Part shown: one piece after another, positions 11,641 through 24,410 of the stretch | How positions within the stretch are numbered: the stretch's first letter is position 1 | How the letters are laid out: each line of letters begins with the position of its first letter | Assembly (NCBI GenBank): GCA_030390025.1 | Contig: CM059438.1 | Coordinates: forward strand, 67,210,001 to 67,274,000 | Length of the DNA stretch: 64,000 nucleotides | Source: Squalus acanthias | Lineage: Eukaryota | Reading direction: 5' to 3' | The notes under the pieces: model-generated | Database searches by the model: none | Told to the model about the DNA's origin: nothing | The model's input: only the letters and a program-made list of their open reading frames with translations | Program-made: the position numbers and the translations under genes

Positions 11641-12222
11641 ATAGAGTACAAAAGCCACAAACCTATATAAAACACTAGTTCGGGCCCAGCCTGAGTATTG
11701 TGTCCAATTCTGGGCACCACACTTTAGGAAGGACGTGAAAGCTTTGGAGAGGGTACAGAAGAGATTTACCAGAATGGTTCCAGGGATGAGGGATGTGGAT
11801 AGTCTGGAGAAGCTGGGTTGTTCTCCTTAGAGCAGAGAAGACCAAGAGGAGATTTGATAGAGATGTTTAAAATCATGCAGGGTTCAGACAGAATAAAAAA
11901 AGAGAAACTGTTTCCAATGGCTGAAGGGTCGATAACCAGAGGGCACAGATTAAAGGTGATTGGCAAAAGAACCAGAGGCAACATGAGGAAACATTTGTTT
12001 ATACAACATGTCGTTAGGATTTGGAATGCACTGTCCGATAGGGTGGTGGATATAGATTTAATAGTAGCCTTCAAAATGGAACTGGCTAAATACTTGAAGG
12101 AGAAAAAAATTGCAATGATATGGGGAAAGAGCGGCGGAGTGTGACTAACTGGATTGCTCTTCGAAAGAACCGGCGCAGACTTGATGGGAAGAATGGCCTC
12201 CTTCTGTGCTGTACTATTCTAT
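11641..12222 (+). mobile_element. CR1 LINE 3' part
   Basis: ORF 11818-12144: FSLEQRRPRGDLIEMFKI..TRGHRLKV..VVRIWNAL. Confidence 0.9.
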
Positions 12223-13069
12223 GGGGGCGATTTTGCCAATGGGGGCGCGTTGGAGGCGGGACTGCTGCTTGTTGGGTTTTAGTCCCGCCTCCATCGATTT
12301 GTGGCCAACCCACACTATTTTCCCTTGATTGACCTTGTTAAGCCCGCCCAGTGGGCTTAGCAGGCCAATTAAGGGAAAGCCGGTTGCAGAGAATGTCAAC
12401 GTATGACGTTTCATCTGTCAAAAATTTTTGACAGATGAATTGTCATCGTTTGGCAGCTCTGTTAAGCTGTCAAACAGTGACATTCTCTGCAGTTTGATGA
12501 GGTCTTGCATTCAAGACCTCATCAACCTTCTTTCTTTTCCAGAAATGAGATGGTTGTTGCATCTGAGAATGCAACGACCATCTCTCATCTGCAACACGGA
12601 GGTGCGAGACTCTCCACATACAAACCGACTGAAGCCTGCAGAAAGAAACAAAGGTAAGTACACTTTTAAAAATACTTTGCACTTACCTCAGATACTCACC
12701 TCTCCACTCTTGCACCCATCACTTACCTTCACAGCACACTTTTGCACCCCCCCCGACCCCCGCAGACCCAGTACTCGCCTCGCTGAGCTGGCGGGTTTTG
12801 GAGCCTTCGGGTAGCCCGCACTTGTGAGGGCAAAAAGGGGATAATCCTATTTTCTGCCTGTTAACTACCTGTTAACAGGCAGCTAATAGGCTTTAATCCC
12901 TTCCTGCCTCCAAGGAGACGGGACCCGGCGTGGGACGGCTACCCGCCCCCTGGGAAGATGGCATGGAGGCAGGTTGGGGGGCGGGTTGGGTACCCGTCCC
13001 CAAATTCTGCCATTTTCCCAGCAGTCCCGCCTCCATACCCGCCTCCCCAGGGCTGGCAAAACCGCCCCC
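12223..13069. mobile_element. M1-related non-autonomous element, opposite orientation
   Basis: TIR gggggcgattttgcca/tggcaaaaccgccccc; TSD TAT in the CR1 tail; ORF 12214-12414(-) resembles 9191-9412(+). Confidence 0.82.
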
Positions 13070-13860
13070 TATGGATTCTATGGTTAAAGAGGTAGGTTTG
13101 GCAAAGGCTGTTGAAGGTGAACAGAGAGGTAGAAAGCTGAACAGATTTCGGGAGAGAGTAGCAGAGGGTGTGCCGAGACAGCTGAAGGCTCCAGCACTGA
13201 AATTGGATCGGAGGGAGGGAGGGAGGGCCAGAAGCTGTGGAGGGTCAGCACACAGGACGAGAGGCGTTTGCAGCAGTCGGGTGGAGAAAAACCATGGAAG
13301 GCTTTTCAAATGAAAATCGAATGGTACAGCACAGAAGGAGGCCATTCGGCCCATCGTGCCTGAGCTGGAACATGATTTTGAATGCAATTTATTGGGCAAC
13401 AGGGAGCTAGTAGTGGTCAATGAGATGGGGGTGATAGTGGAATAGGATTTGGATGGTAAAGGATTTGGTTTAATTAGAGTTCATATCACATGGAGCTCAT
13501 GAGTGAAAAGATTGCTGAAGAAGCTGAGTTTGGAGGTGATAAAGTCATGGCTGAGAGTTTCAGCTGGAGTGAAGTGATCCAAGGGTGAAAATGGGCACTG
13601 TTATGGAGGTGGAAGTAGGCAGATATGATAGCAAAATACTGCGGATGCTGGAAAACTGAAATAACAACAGAAAGCGCTGGAAAAACTCAGCAGGCCAGGC
13701 AACATCCGTGGAGAGAGAAACAGAGTTAACGTTTAAGGTCGAAGACCCTTCGTCAGAACTGAGAAAAAAGCAGGAAATGAAACAGATGAAAAAGCAAGTT
13801 TGGAGGCTGGGGGAGGGAATAAAAGAACAAAAGGGGAGGTCTGTGAGACGTAGAGACATT

Positions 13861-14599
13861 GGCCCAAAAATTAGTGCCGCTACGCGAGAGTACGCACTGT
13901 GTACTCTCGCGTATTCTGTCTCCAATTGCCGGTTTTCTGCATGCACTGTGCATGTGCTGAAAACCGGCACTTGGTGAATGGAAAAGGGGGCGGTTCCTAG
14001 GTGAACCGCGTGCGCGCTACAGGCTGCGCGCATGCAGTGCACTTAGTGGTTTCAACGCGCAGGTAAGTATGGAAGATTTTACACATAAAAAAAGGAGTAA
14101 GACCCACTTTTAACAAGGTAAGTAGTGAATTAAGTATTATTTTGAATTTTTTTTAACAGGTATATCTTTTTTAGAGACTTTAAAGACAGGTAAGTTTATT
14201 TTTATAACTTTTTAAAAGATTTAAAATTTTTTCAAAAATTTAATTTTTTATTTAAAATGGTTAATTTATTTAACTATACTTATTTTATTAATGTGATGGT
14301 TTTTTTTAAATTTAATTGAGGTTTAGCTGTTCTTTTGGGGGGCTATAGTATTCATAGCTTTCACAGCACTTATGTGAAAGTTATGAATGGAAGATGGTGT
14401 GCTGCCATTGGCTCTAACTGAGTCACATGATCCCACAGCTCGCACGAATTAACTACACCGGTGGGATACGCAAGCCCAGCACAGCAGCTGTCCAGAACAT
14501 CAAGTTCGTGCGAGCTGGAACTGAAAAAGCCAACGCGCAGTGAGAGATCGCGGGGAAGCCTTACCCTCGCACGAAGGCTTCCTCACGAATTTTTGGGCC
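13861..14599. mobile_element. Non-autonomous Harbinger-like element, family M2
   Basis: TIR ggcccaaaaatt/aatttttgggcc; TSD ATT; the empty site is visible in the opposite PLE arm. Confidence 0.88.
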
Positions 14600-14840
14600 A
14601 TTAAGAGATACACAAGGCGAGACGAGATGGTAATAGGACAGGTTAAGAAACAAAACCTGTCAGCGCATTTCACACTTCTGCGCCATCTTTTGTTTCTTAA
14701 CCTGTCCTATTACCATCTCGTCTCGCCTTGTGTATCTCTTAATGTCTCTACGTCTCACAGACCTTCCCTTTTGTTCTTTTATTCCCTCCCCCAGCCTCCA
14801 AACTTGCTTTTTCATCTGTTTCATTTCCGGCTTTTTTCTC

Positions 14841-14877
14841 AGTTCTGACGAAGGGTCTTCGACCTGAAACGTTAACT
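14841..14877 (+). ncRNA. Minimal type I hammerhead ribozyme (family B)
   Basis: agtt-CTGACGA-a-gggtc(ttc)gacct-GAAA-cg-TT-aact. The mirror copy at 13724-13760(-) has GAAA mutated to TAAA. Confidence 0.82.
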
Positions 14878-16161
14878 CTGTTTCTCTCTCCACGGATGTT
14901 GCCTGGCCTGCTGAGTTTTTCCAGCACTTTCTGTTGTTATTTTAGGCAGATATGATCATGGATTGGATATGAGCTCGAAGTTCTGCTGAGGGTTAAACAG
15001 GAAGAGAGTAAAGCGGAAAGTTACGTCTTTTTTCCATAGAGTTTTATTTGGTTGAAAAAGAAATCTGTTGAGCTAAAGTGAAAGCTGTCCTCCCTCATCA
15101 AGATTCAAAATGAAGGACAAGAGACAGGCTCTCTGTGGAAACCTGGCAAGGTTGATTGATCTGGAAATTTATCAGCATTGTTCGAGGTGCAAACTGAATT
15201 GTTCACTGTCGGAGCAGGTACTCAGAGCCCAGATGACATGTGAGTCACGGCTCATTTGCTGAATACTTGCTGTGCCTTTAATCAGTGGTTGACAGCACTA
15301 ACTTCAGCGGTCCTTAGACTGCATTAGAACTGGGATTCTCCTGCATTTTTTAGTTCCGGCAAAAGCATCCAAAGCCCATGGGTGAACTGGAACTCACATC
15401 ATCCAGATCCAACATTGCAACTTGAAAGTTTCTGAAAGAGTCAAATCCCTACATGTTTCTTTCAAAGGATGGTTGTCTCTGTAAGAAAGACCGTTCTGAA
15501 GTAGGTATCTTGTCCCCTTGCGAACTGATTCCAGTTCCAGTTTTTTCTAGTATTTTTGCTTGTGTGTAATGCTTTACCTATGAACGTGGGCAAAAGGTGG
15601 ACAGCAGAAGCCCAGCTGGTCCATCAAGTCAGTCTCATTTAGCCGTGCTGCAACTCAGGAACAGCACCCCCTATGATCCCCATCCACCTGCAGCCAGGGA
15701 GAGGGCAAACAACAGATAAAGATACAACAGATAAAGATACACCATAGGCTAATTCAGAGTGAAAGAATTCTGGAAAATTCCTCTCTTTCCCTTTCTTTTT
15801 TAAAAGTGCCGACTCTTCCCATGGTACATTGCCACAGACACTGTGCGGGGGGTGGTGGCATAATGCATTCCTGTCCTCAACTGGTGCCCACTTTCCATCT
15901 TTCCAGAAGGAGTCACTGGGAAGCAATCAAGAGCAGTTGAGAAGATTAATATCTTTTTTCTACCATCCCTAGCACAGGAGTGATGAAGCCAATCACAGTG
16001 CCTCGACTGCTGCCCTGCTTGAGATCAGCTAACTCAGTACATCCTGGAGAACAAACCTGTCACGATCTGGTCCATACAGCTCAGTATCACGCCACAGGGT
16101 TTATTTGCCCAGGGTAGCCACTGGGAGAGGGGGAAGTGACCTTCATTTCATTCCCAAAAAT

Positions 16162-16515
16162 TTATCGACCTCTGTCTTGAATATACTCAACGACTGAGCA
16201 TCCACAGCTCTCTGGGGTAGAGAATTCCAAAGATTCATAAACTTTTGAGTGAAGAGATTGCCAATCCCTTATTCTGTGACTGTGACCCCGTGCTCTAGAT
16301 TCCCCAGCCAGGGGAACCATTTTCCCAGCATTAACCCTGTCAAGCCCCTTAAGAATTGTATACATTTCAATCAGATCACCTCTCATTCTTCTAAACTCTA
16401 GGAAATATAGGCCTAGTCTACTCAATCTCTCCTCAAAGGGCAATCCCCTCATCCCAGGGACCAGTCTAGTAAACCTTCGCTGCACTCCCTCTAAGGCAAG
16501 TATGTCTTTCCTTAG
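16162..16515 (-). mobile_element. CR1 LINE fragment
   Basis: QRRFTRLVPGMRGLPFEERLSRLGLYFLEFRRMRGDLIE. Confidence 0.9.
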
Positions 16516-19500
16516 GTAAGATTACTAACTAAATTGGAAAGCTGGGTACTTCTGGCCACTGAAACGGCAGAAGAGGATTTGCCACGCGTGACGCAGGCCA
16601 AACGGGCTGCTGAATTGTAGGATTCTCTCGTCTCAAGGTTGCCGCTTAAAAGTGCGTGTCTGCAAAGTGCATGCGTGCAGAATGTGCAGAAAATATGCAG
16701 GCATTTCTCACTTTCTTTTCCACTGTTGCTGCCAACATTGTGGGGTGAATCTGCAACAGTCGCCCTTGTGTCGCCGGCCTGAAAAGCGTGTTCTTTACCC
16801 TTGAAGGAAAGATGGAGTGATTTTTGGAACCAGAGGTGCCAATTAAGAGCTGCAATACTTGTCATAAAAATGTTTGTGCCATTTGCATTCACAAATATTT
16901 TTTTTTTAATCTTGTGAAGTTTATGAAGTAAGGTTAGTTCGGCCAGCCGCTTAGATCAGCAAATACCAGCGCTCCAATATCCTGTCCTAATGAGTTGCTC
17001 ATTGTTTTCAAGTACATTTTCCACACTTGGAATCTACAGCTTGAGCTGTTTCCAATCATCAAGGTTCCCGTTCAGCTGTTTATTGTGTTTGTTTCTTTTT
17101 TTCAAAGCATCAGGAAAAAGTAGGGAGGGGTTCAACTCTCCAGACATTTAAATTTCAACAACTGAGAAAGGGGGCTCTGTGCGTAAGTGCAGAAGTGGGA
17201 GCGGGGCTCTGTGCGTCTGTTGAAGTTAAAACAAAAAGTTTGAAAGTTGTTTGCTTGAAACTGAGCTTTTGGGCAAAGCGCGTTCTGGCGACATTTTTGC
17301 AAACTGCAATGGCAGCCTCCAACCGGTCGTTCAAATTTGCAACAATATCAATTACTTCAATTCTGATTCTTATTCACTGTGACACAACCCGTCAGTGCTG
17401 CATCAAAAATTAAGAAAGGAGCTTGCACCAAACCAACCAGCATTAAATCATTAAAATGAAGACTTGCATTTCCATGTAACTGCAGGGTATCTGCCTTAGG
17501 CACTTTTCCCTGTCACCTTGCCCGACTGCATTTTTGGCTCTTCTGAAAACTCAAAATAAAAGTTTAATTACAAAAATGAATTATGGGCATGAAGTAGGAC
17601 TGTGCATCAAATAAATATATCACACAGCTACTGATATGGTGACATATTCATACAACAATTGGGCTGGATGGAGTAAGGCATGAGGGACAAGCCATCTTTG
17701 CACAGTGTTGAATGCATGAGTTGCATAAATAGATTGTTGGCCATGGGCAATGTTTTTTAAACAGTGTTGAAAAGATATTTTTTGTTATGAAGGCTCGTTT
17801 CCTCCCCCCCCCGACCACCCTTTTTTATTCTAATTGAAGTTTGGTGACGAGTACTTGTCTGTACAGAGCCAGTCCAGTACATGGCACAGGCCTGGAATGT
17901 GATCTTATACATGTCATTACAGTTCATAGACGCAATAATCAGATCTTGATGCAGAATTTAAAGGTTTTGTGCATCATGATTGCTATTTTATTGTGTGTGT
18001 GTGTGAAATATAAGTGGAACGCTCTATGGAGGAGGAGCATTGTCAACTATTTTCTTAAAGCTGCGACGAGAGGCCTAACATGCCGGTAACAATTTCTAAG
18101 CCTGCAGAAGTGTGAATTGGAACTTTTCAGTTTCTTTTACACACCAGAAGATCCTCTATAGCAGGGGTTTTATTATTAGGACTAATATTGAATCATGAAT
18201 CGAACCTTGAACAGGGCGAAAGGGTCATCCATACCCTTGGCCTTGCCTGCACTGTTGAGCGTTTCGCCTGTTTTTGGTGTGCTAATATGGAGCATCCTGC
18301 GCTTCATCTTTGCATTGCTTTGGAGCAATTGTAAAACTAGCAGAAGGTTTCCTCCTGTCAATTGACTGTAAAGCAGCTTTGACAATAGTCTTAGGAGAAT
18401 TCCACAGCCCAGGCCCTTTCGACCTCTGATTAGCAATGAGTGGAAAAATATTTAAAATGTTACGAGTAACTCAGTGGGGCACCAGATTCTTGCCCTTAAT
18501 GCCCGGCTTTGAATGCAGCCCAGACCAATTGGACATGCGCCTATCATCTGTAAGGGTACTACACAAAATAGGTTTGTGCAGGTTCACAAGGACATATGTT
18601 TACAGTATAATTTTGCCCAAAATACTCTGCCACAGGTCACTTAATTGACAAACTCACTGAGAGGACAGAGGGACCATTGCTCCGCAATATGCATTGTCTC
18701 GATGCTGATACTGTGCACACAAAGTGACAGTGTTCCAACCCCCACCACTGGCATCCCTCACCTTGATGGGCACAAGCAAATTCACTGCAAAATCCATAAG
18801 TACACGATCGAGAAACAGTACAAACTGAACGACCCGAGATCCACATCGCTAAGAGTCTAATTTGTTATTGAGTGACCTTCGCTGATTTATGATGCAGGAG
18901 TCTGCAGACTTTCATTTGTGCTTGGAGATCAGAAACAAATTCATTAATCTTTATCAACTGGGTGTCTTTAAAAGAAAAATTTAAGTGAGAGAATCTCCAC
19001 ACGGTTTTGCTGTGTGCCTCAAATGTCAGGCTTGTTTACTGCTGTTTGCAAGTTTGAGGCTATCAGCAGGAGGTTAATGCAAGTTAAATAGGACTGTGCC
19101 GAGGTTGATGGATGTACATGGACTGTGCAGCCCTAGCATTCTTCAAGGTCCATTGTTCCTATTTTTAGACTTGTTTATTTTTTTTCCCCCAGTTTCCTCC
19201 GGTCAGTGGTTTGGAGAGGACAGATTTACAAACACATATTTGTGATGTAATGAGAGAATGAAAGGAAAAAGGCTCCTTCTGTGCCAATGATCTCAAATCA
19301 CTCGACTTGTGGCTGATGAGTTATAACTGACTGTGCAGGTCTGTGGAAAGCTGATAGCACAAGGACTGCAAAAATGTACCATCCATATCTCTCTCTCTCT
19401 CTCTCTCTCTGTTTCTCGTGCCGAGCTCAATTATGATCGACAATGCGAAGAGAAAATGCTGGAAATAAACAGCAGGTCAGTCAGCATCTGAAAGAGAAAG

Positions 19501-19762
19501 ATTGGGCTCACCCGAAGCATTAACCTTTCGTTTGATGCCATATGACAGTGGTTCCAGTTCCCTGTTAAAGAAGGATCAAGTGTGAACACATTTGGGGATC
19601 ATTCGCCCATTTTGCGAGCTACTTAACCTCCACCAATGTTTGCTCATAAGAACCAAGGTGACTACATTTTAGGTGGTGATATCACAAATGTGGGAATTTG
19701 TGACTTCACATTTCGGATGCAAATTTCATTATGTATTTTTTATGCACGTTTTAAAAGTCCGA

Positions 19763-20578
19763 GGAGGAAAAATTGGGTATCAGCCATTTTGGGGCGCTAA
19801 TATCGACTGGGTGCAAAGTTTAGCACCCGGCGCTAATTATCGCCTCCAACTACAAAATTCGCCCCTGGAGGTGATTTGAGCGCTAAATCAAGCGCTACAC
19901 ACCTCTCTTAAGGCACAAATGTCGGGGAGCGAGGCGCTACCTCAGAACGCTACCGAAACTCAGGCAATGTCAGTTACCATGGAAGCCAGACAGACTGGCG
20001 CCGTCCAGTTCTTAAAGGGGAGGGGCCATCTTGCTGGCCAGCCACACCCTGCTCATTGCAGCCTTGAATCTCGGCCTGGAGAGACCTCGAAAGCAATTGT
20101 GTTGGAAGCACTACTGGATAGGCCCACGGAAAGAGCTCGGCGCTTAGGAACCTCAAAAGTGGTTCTCGGGACCCAAAACTCCTTCGGGAAGCGTCGAATC
20201 TCCCCAGACATCTCTCTCCCTCTCAACCTGTGTGTACCAAAAATTTCGCCAACAAGAAAAGGCAATAATGCTGCCCTAGCCCCTTCCCAACTTGAAAACG
20301 TTCCCCTCTACCTGTCATTCCTAGCGGCAGGCGCGAGGGTAGGGGACGCGACTCAATATCTGGTCCGGGGCGCTACCGGGGTGTTGCACGCTCGACTGAC
20401 GTCACGATCTGCGGGCGCAGGAGATCGTGGCGGTAGTGTTTAGCACCGCCACAAAACGACTGGTCAATTTCGCGAGTGGCGCTAAAATTGCCGCGCTCGG
20501 GCGCTAAGTTCCTAGCGCCCCATTAGCGCCCCCCAGAGGTGCTAATGGGAGGTGCTAACCAACCGAATTTTTCCCCCC
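19763..20578. mobile_element. Non-autonomous Harbinger element, family M5
   Basis: Ends gg(a)ggaaaaattgggt / accgaatttttccccc; the right terminus is shared with the coding element ending at 23500. Confidence 0.72.
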
Positions 20579-20679
20579 CTAACCTTTTAATAATGTTTAA
20601 GATTCCAATTTTATTTTAACTGTACCCACAGTGCAATGTGACCCGACCTTTAATTAAGAACTAGCATTACTATTATCAA

Positions 20680-20786
20680 AAGAAAAGAAAGACTTGCATT
20701 TATATAGCGCCTTTCATGACCTCAGGACATCCCAAAGCTCTTTATAGCCAATGAGGTACTTTTGAAGTGTCGTCACTGTTGTAATG
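20680..20786 (-). mobile_element. DeuSINE 3' end
   Basis: Reverse complement of the tail of 62530-63010. Confidence 0.8.
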
Positions 20787-21636
20787 CAAGACTCAGATGA
20801 GGACCTCAATGGGGAGGCCTTTAGAAGAAGGGAGATCCGCATGCACACGGAGATGATAGGCACAATGGCAAGGGTGCCTGAGAGCCTCTCAGCAATGGTA
20901 AGGAGCATGGAGGAGTCCACCTCCAACATTGCACAGAGCTCTGCGCACACCATGGAGCCCATCATTTGCAGTCTGCAAAGGGTGGTGGACTCCCAGAGAG
21001 ACCGTGGCAACCCAGACCAGATGCCGCGTGTGATGGGCGATGTCGCAGCTTCCATTGCAGCACAGGCGGAAGCCACGTAACGTCTTAGTGCTGTAATGCA
21101 GTCTATGCTTGGTGCCATCGATTCTCAGACTGCTCTCATGCAGTCTCAGCTTGATGCCACACAAGCTCTGACTGCTGCCATCGTGGCTGCGTTGACCACC
21201 GTCCCCCGTCCACCGGGGCTTTCACGGTGTCGCGGCAGGCCAGCATTGTGTGCTCCAGCAGATTGGTAGTGAAGCTGAGGTGCTGCCCCGGGGGAGTGGC
21301 AGTGGGTCAGTGGGGCAGGAACCTGCTGTCCTCTCTCAGGATGACAGCATTCCTGCTCCCACCACTGCCACTCCGCCATTGCCCTTGTCGCTGCCTGTCA
21401 TCCAGCCATCCCAGATTGCTGCCGCCCATGCTGAGGTGGTGCAGTCTACAGCCAGGCCTTCCAGGCCCAGAGCTGGTTGAGGGCGTCCTGCAAGACCATC
21501 TGAAGTCTCCCACATGGACACTCAGCAGCCTTCCACCAGCCGTGCTTCAGCCACTGGGCCAGCACTTCATAGGAGCACCAGAGTAGGCAAAGGCACAGTA
21601 ACGAGAGGCACTAAGGTATTGCACAAGGATGAATAG
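20784..21636 (+). pseudogene. 3' exon of the Harbinger accessory (Myb/SANT-like) gene
   Basis: RRREIRMHTEMIGTMARVPESLSAMVRSMEEST is homologous to RRRLLGMHNEMLGALGSQPESLRAMSRSMEESG in element 2, which retains the Myb exon; stops and frameshifts present. Confidence 0.72.
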
Positions 21637-21800
21637 TTAATATTATTGTTGTAACTATGTTTCACTGGTTATTGATAAATATATTAATTGGCTTTGGATG
21701 ATTTTGTGGTGTCTCTTTTTTCAGCTTTGCGCTGTGATATGGCCTGCGACAGGGATGGAATGATGGGGATGTGGTGAGCAATGGGGATCTGGGGTTTAAT

Positions 21801-23008
21801 TTATTGGAACTGCTGTCTGATGAGGCAATCACGGTCCGCCCTTCCGGAAAGCCGATTGAGTGGCTGCCTCCTCCCTCGCTCCTGTTCCTCCTCCTCCTCC
21901 TCCTCCTCCTCCTCCTCCTCCTCCTCCTCCTCGTCTTCCTCTTCCTCCTCATCCTCGTCTTCCTCCTCCTCTCTCTCTTCCTCCTCCTGAGGTGTTCCCG
22001 CAATCCCTGGTGGCAAGGGCTGGGCCCTCATGATGACCAGATTGTGGAGCATGCAGCAGACCACGACAAAATGGGACACCTGCTCCGGCGAATATTGGAG
22101 GGCTCCTCCCGAGCTGTCAAGGCAGCGGAACCATTTCTTGAGCACCCCAATGGTCTGCTCGATGATGTTCCTGATGGCAGCATGGCTCTCATTATATGAG
22201 TGCTGAGCAGGAGTGCTGGGGTTGAGGAGGGGAGTCATGAGCCAGGTGGAGAGCGGATAGCCCTTGTCTCCGACCATCCAGCCACGAGCTTGATGTGGTG
22301 GCTGGAAGAGTGCTGGCACAGGATGAAGGCATTGTGGCTGCTGCCAGGATAGCGGGCATTCAGATTGAGGATTCGCTGTCTGTGGTCGCACACCAACTGC
22401 ACATTAAGTGAGTGGTGTAGCCTTTGCGGTTACGGAAGATCTCAGGATTGTTATGTGGTGCCTGCAAAGCCACGTGGGCGCAGTCAATGGTGCACTGCAC
22501 CATGGGGAATCCTGCTCTCCTGGCAAAGTGACATGCACGTTCGTCCTGCTTCTCTCTGGTGATGGGGAAGGAAATCTAGTCCCTTCTCCTACTGTAGAGA
22601 GCCTTTGTGACCTCCCGCATGCAGCAATGGATGGCGAACTGCGAGATGTTCGCTATATCTCCTGTTGCAGACTGGAAGGAACTGCTGGCAAAGAAATTGA
22701 GGGCGACGGTGACCTTGACTGCCACTGAGAGCCGTGGTCGACCTGATCTGAGGCTCGAGGTCTGGTTGCAGGAGGTGGCAGAGTTTGGTGACCACATCCT
22801 TGCTGAAGCAGAGCCTTCTAATTCACTGCTCCTCGCTTAATTGGAGGTAGAAATGCTCTCGGAATACCCTCGGAGGATAAGGCCTCCTTTTGAGAGCCCT
22901 GATGGTCCTCCTCCTCCCTCTGGCCACATCTTGCAATCTTTCTCGCTGCCTCCGCTCCCTCCGCCATAGATCCTGGAGGGCGAGGTCGACTGCCAGTACA
23001 ACCCCCAT
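21801..23008 (-). pseudogene. Harbinger (HARBI1-like) DDE transposase, frameshifted
   Basis: [60 protein letters not shown]; poly-Glu (GAG)n tail at about 21886-21988. Confidence 0.92.
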
Positions 23009-23549
23009 TAATGTAACGATGTGTAGCACGATGAAATTTTGTCATAATAAATGTAACAAATTTTTAGTAGCCACAACACTCCTGATACTAAAGTACCTTT
23101 AAATGACTCTATTAAACTCTTGCACAATCGTAAACTGACAAGGAAGCAGTGAAACAGCACTAACCTGACAGCTGCGACTGATCCCTTTAAATAGCGCCGC
23201 TGGAGCCGCCATCTGCCTGCTTCACGCCTCCTCTTCCTGTCATTGTCGGGGTGCGGCGCTAAGGCAGGGGGCGATAATCAATTTGGCAGATCGGGTGCTG
23301 AGTGAGCGTTGCACGCACTGATGTCACGATGTGCCTGGCGCTAAATCCCCAGGTGCTAACTGTTAGCGGCGGCACTAAGGGGCGACTGGATTTGGCGTGC
23401 GGCGCTGGATTCGCCTCACCCCGGCGCTACTTCATTAATGCCCCGTTAGCGTCCCCGCCAGGAGCTAACAGGAGGCGCTAACCAACCGAATTTCTCCCCC
23501 TGTGTATCTTCTTGCAATCAGATTGAAGAAACCATTACTGAGACATGCT

Positions 23550-24354
23550 AGTCCCGATATTTACTGAGGCGGGATTTCTAACCGGAGGGGGAGGAGTTCT
23601 GGTCGGGATGAATGCCATGGAGTTTTAACTCCATGGGTGCATTTTTTTTTAACAGGTTCCCCGCTCGGAAGCTAGCCTGATTCATAGGCGCGGATCCCTG
23701 TCAGGCAGGGTACACTCCAGAAGAGATCCTGCTGCTCGGGGTAGAGATCGCGGCGGGGATGGTGGGGGTTGGGTACAGCGTGGTTTAGCAGGTTGGGGTG
23801 ATCCGGGGTGTTGGAGAGAGATCGGGGTCAGTGATGGAGTGTCAGAGAGAGATCGGATGAGGGACAGCGAGAGAATGGAGGGTGAGATGAGTGTCAGGGG
23901 AGAGTCGGTGATTGCGGTGAGTGGTTCTGATCACTGGGGAGGTTAACAGGTTTGCTTGGTGGGCCGGGGCAAAGCACTCCTGCTCCTCCTGGCCCACAAG
24001 CAGTGCTGTAAAAGCACTTCCCTCTTCCATGCAGCAGTCCTCGCCTCCCTTTAGCTGCCGGGTTTCCCGAAGCCCGGGAAACCCGACCGGCCAGCATTAA
24101 TCCTGAAACAGAGAATAAATCTTTGGCACATAGCCTAATTAAAAAATTTAAATGAGTGACCCACCTCCTGGGAGCAGGTTGGTTACCCGTCCACCCCTCT
24201 CAGCCCCACCCCCGTTCCCCATCCTGCCTCCGTTTAAACCGGAAGTGGGCGGGTTCGAGGTGGGTTGGGTTCGGGTTTGAGATTTTTTTAAATTTTCAAC
24301 TACCCACCCGAATGAAACCCAACTTAACTACTCTTGGGAGTTAAAATTACCCCC
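23550..24354. mobile_element. Non-autonomous element, family M3
   Basis: Homologous in reverse orientation to 35711-36556 (aaaccggaagtgggcgggtt; cactcctgctcctcctgg); end gttaaaattacccc. Confidence 0.65.
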
Positions 24355-24410
24355 GCAGGGTCTGAACCAGGAAGTGTAAGTTAGAATAGTTAATTCAGTG
24401 CCAAATCAAC

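Larger units (their letters stand above)
4087..13140. repeat. Local tandem duplication (about 2.2-kb unit, two near-identical copies plus older partial copies)
   Basis: 4193-9470 (minus the PLE) aligns with 9470-11730; ORF 4975-5172 equals 10251-10448 and 5049-5252 equals 10325-10528. A 105-bp block recurs at about 4087, 4735 and 10011. Confidence 0.92.
13630..14942. mobile_element. Non-coding fold-back Penelope-like insertion (family B), interrupted by a MITE
   Basis: Left arm 13659-13860 + 14603-14655 is the reverse complement of 14688-14942; 29-bp one-sided extension; 14-bp TSD taggcagatatgat (13616-13629, 14943-14956); hammerhead motif in each arm. Confidence 0.85.
20784..23500. mobile_element. 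PIF/Harbinger transposon 1, left end missing
   Basis: Convergent Myb-partner remnant and DDE transposase; terminus accgaatttctccccc. Confidence 0.88.

Noticed and set aside
16520..17345. Possible further DNA-transposon relic
   Set aside because: CpG-rich ends are suggestive, but I found no convincing TIR or TSD.
21662..22199. Poly-Arg, poly-Leu and poly-Ser ORFs
   Set aside because: Alternative frames of the (GAG)n tract that encodes the transposase acidic tail.
21801..23008. Domesticated HARBI1 host gene
   Set aside because: Stops and frameshifts, a transposon terminus and a linked Myb-partner remnant mark it as a dead element.
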